A DNA stretch of 64,000 nt. Source: Scyliorhinus canicula. Lineage: Eukaryota. Numbering within the stretch: position 1 is the first letter of the stretch; each line of letters starts with the position of its first letter. A program made the position numbers and the translations under genes. This document shows positions 61,209-64,000 of the stretch, piece by piece. Where the stretch lies: positions 51,621,810 through 51,685,809 of the forward strand of contig NC_052152.1 of assembly GCF_902713615.1 (NCBI RefSeq), written 5' to 3'. The notes under the pieces were generated by a model. It had not been told where the DNA came from, ran no database searches, and was given only the letters and a program-made list of their open reading frames with translations.

Positions 61209-64000
61209 CTATGAAAAGGTCATGAAACAGTTCTGCAAACGTGGATGAACAAATATTGCATATTCAGGAAATAACACAAGGGCTGTTAGCTCATTTATTC
61301 CACTGGCGGTTACTGTCTGTTTGCACATTCTCTCCGTGTCTGCATGGGTTTCACCCCCAGAACCCAAAGATTTGCAGGTTAGGTGGATTGGCCAGGCTAA
61401 ATTGCCCCTTAATTTGAAAAATAAATAATCAGGGATTCTAACTGGCGCAGACACGATGCAACAAGTGATCTCTTTCTGTGTCATAAACTATGATTCTATT
61501 CTATGTCTCTCTAAGAGGAAGTCAGTAGAGAATGTTAACTATCACTTGGATAGACAAAACATTCCATCAGTTGATTCTAGTTCAGTGAAGCAAAGCAGAC
61601 AGCAGAATGTTCAATGATGGAGAATAATTGAGGCTAAAAGGAAAATCTCTCTCACCAGATTATTACAAGATTTACAGCTTGGGAATTAATAAAATGTGAC
61701 AACTGAAAATGTATCATAGCTAATGGTTTGAACCCAGTACGTTTGAAAAATGTGCTCACATTTTTTGTATGAAGTAATTTTAAATGATAAATAATTAACA
61801 GCAATTATGTAAATTTATGCACATTTGTTTTTTCCCCCAATTGGACGCAAGTTATGTCGGAATACAAGGCAGAGGTAATAGCCCCAGCTTTATCCAAAGG
61901 GGAGTCTAGCAATTATCATTTGTTAATGGTTTCATTTGAGGGATATTTTTGGGATATTTTAATACCTACCATGATCTACATTTATAGAAAAATTCAATCA
62001 TATTTGACATCAGTTTATAGTTCAAATAGTGAATTCCCGGTTGAAACAGACCATCTCTGAGGGATCAGTTGGAATGAACAATTAAGCAACTTCACTGATC
62101 ACTTTGGTGTCATTACGTTTGCTATCACAATGTCATGGTAAAACAGTTTCCCACAGTAGAGGGATGATTTGTATGTTTACATACCAAAGTACTGACTTTC
62201 CACACACATGCCTGCACATGTACGAGAACCAAATCAGTCCCACAGGAAGATGTGGTGGAGTCGACAATAATACTTTGGATCCCACTTGAAAGAGTTGGTT
62301 ACTGTCAACTGCTAGGGGGTGGGGACTATTCTTTGAATTATTGAACATAGAACATAAAGTGCAGAAGGAGGCCATTCAGCCCATCGAGTCTGCACCGACC
62401 CACTTAAGCTCTCACTTCCACCCTATCCCCGTGACCCAATAACCCCTCCTCCCATTTTGCACATGAAAGGTAATTTATCATGGCCAATCCACCTAACCTG
62501 CACATCTTTGGACTGTAGGAGGAAACCGGAGCACCCGGAGGAAACTCACGCAGACACGGGGAGAACGTGCAGACTCCGCACAGACAGTGACCCAGTGGGG
62601 AATCGAACCTGGGACCCTGGCGCTGGTAGAGTGTGGGTTGGTAGAGTGGAGGGGGTTCTGTTGTCTTATGTATGAAATGGTAAAATGTTAACAACTGAAT
62701 AAAAATATTAAAAAAAAATACTTTGCATCCCATCTGTCCAAGCTCTGAGCTACCTTAACCCCCAAGTAGCTCCAAAGAAGCAGCCAATACATAATGCATT
62801 CCTGGAGGAAATAAGTGCAAGGATCCAGCTATCAACATTATGGGGATTAGCATTGACTAGAAACTGACTGGACCAGCTGTATAAATACAGTAGCTACTAG
62901 AGCAGGTCAGAGGCCTGTCCTCTAACTGCAAGGCACCAGACAGGAGTGTGATGGAATACTCCCCACTTGCCTGGTTGATTGCAGCTCGAACAACATTCAA
63001 GAAGCTCAACACCATCCAGGGCAAAGCGGACAGCTTGATTGGCACCCCTTTCACAAACATTCATCCCTCCACCACCAAAGCACGGTAGCAGCAGTGTGCA
63101 CCATTTACAAGATGCACTGCAGGACCTTGTCAAGGCCTCTTAGGTAGCATCTTCCAAACCCATGGCCACCATCATCTAGAAGGACAAGATAAATGGGAAC
63201 ATCCCCACCTGGAAGTTCCAATCACTCACCATCCTGATTTGGAAATATATCGTTGTTCCTTCACTGTCACTGAGTCAAAGTCTTGGAGCTCCCTCCCTAA
63301 TACCACAGTGGGTGTAACTACACCACATGGAATGCAGCGGTTCAAGAAGGCTGCTCATCACCAACTTCTCAAGGGCAATTAAGGATGAGCAACAAATGCT
63401 GGCCGAGCCAGCAAAGCCCACATACCGGAAAAATTGATTTAAAAAAGAGTTACAGTCAGTAAGAGGAAGCAGTGGTAGACCAAACAGTGGGCACTCGCAC
63501 CATAGGATTATGCAAAACACTGTCTGCACTTGAACAGAGGTGTTCCGGAGCTTTTGCATTGTGTACCATGATGGGAACTGATGGGAACTTTGGCAGGCAT
63601 GAATTATAGGTGAAAGCATATTGGTGGAAGATATCGCAAAGATATACAGAAAACCCCTAATGGAATTGGCTTGCTTCCACATTAAGTGATCTCTTTAGCT
63701 CACAAAGGAAAATGGCAAGGTTGCTCTTGGTTATTAAAGCAATGTGGACCTGTCATAGCTCCACTGCTACTAGCTCCGGGGAAGTATATGGGAAGCCGGG
63801 TGGTACAGTCGATGGTTAGGGTGTGCAATCAGCTGCGGAGACACTTTAAGTTGATGGGGATGTTGGTGTTGTCACCACTGTGCGGGACTGATGAAGGTGA
63901 GGGACTTGTAGCTGGAAGGGTATGGATGAGATGTGGGAAAGGTTTGAGTTGCCGAGGGGGAGCGAATTTAGATACATGTAGCTGAGGGACTTTGCACAAA

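Larger units (their letters stand above)
40981..62625. repeat. Dispersed long-form V-SINEs with CR1-type (TTCTATGA) tails at about 40981-41285(-), 43705-43975(+), 45540-45830(+), 46710-47046(+), 47690-47987(+), 48340-48521(-), 49432-49770(-), 51150-51474(-), 55780-56105(-), 61300-61500(+) and 62343-62625(-); also 20101-20400(-) and 28425-28760(-)
   Basis: Repeated tRNA head, V-domain and 3' ...ggcctccttctgcactgtaaattctatga tail. Coordinates are approximate. Confidence 0.8.

Overview
Repeat-rich vertebrate genomic DNA. The V-SINE, Deu-SINE and CR1/L1 content points to a shark (inference). Three protein-coding genes were reconstructed by hand from splice sites and translation. (1) TRIM45 on the minus strand: 4 coding exons at 22667 to 3919, continuing past the window start. 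(2) The 3' part of TTF2, a SNF2-family helicase, on the minus strand: 8 exons at 61208 to 42628, with the 5' part beyond the window end. (3) Between them on the plus strand, a compact 4-exon immunoglobulin-superfamily gene (34401-39345, 269 aa). It has a leader, a V domain with a germline-joined J-like GxGTKL motif, a canonical C1 domain, a Cys-containing stalk, a TCR-alpha/delta-like transmembrane segment with Arg, and a very short tail. It looks like a non-rearranging antigen-receptor-like chain and is the most interesting feature. The remainder is transposon-derived: two L1-clade LINEs with TSDs that both lack the RT core, a young 5'-truncated CR1, many V-SINEs (an A-tailed subfamily has 14-16 bp TSDs), Deu-SINEs, GC-rich MITEs with 3-bp TSDs, a Tigger-like MITE and a solo LTR. 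Most ORFs in the supplied track are spurious or derived from repeats.
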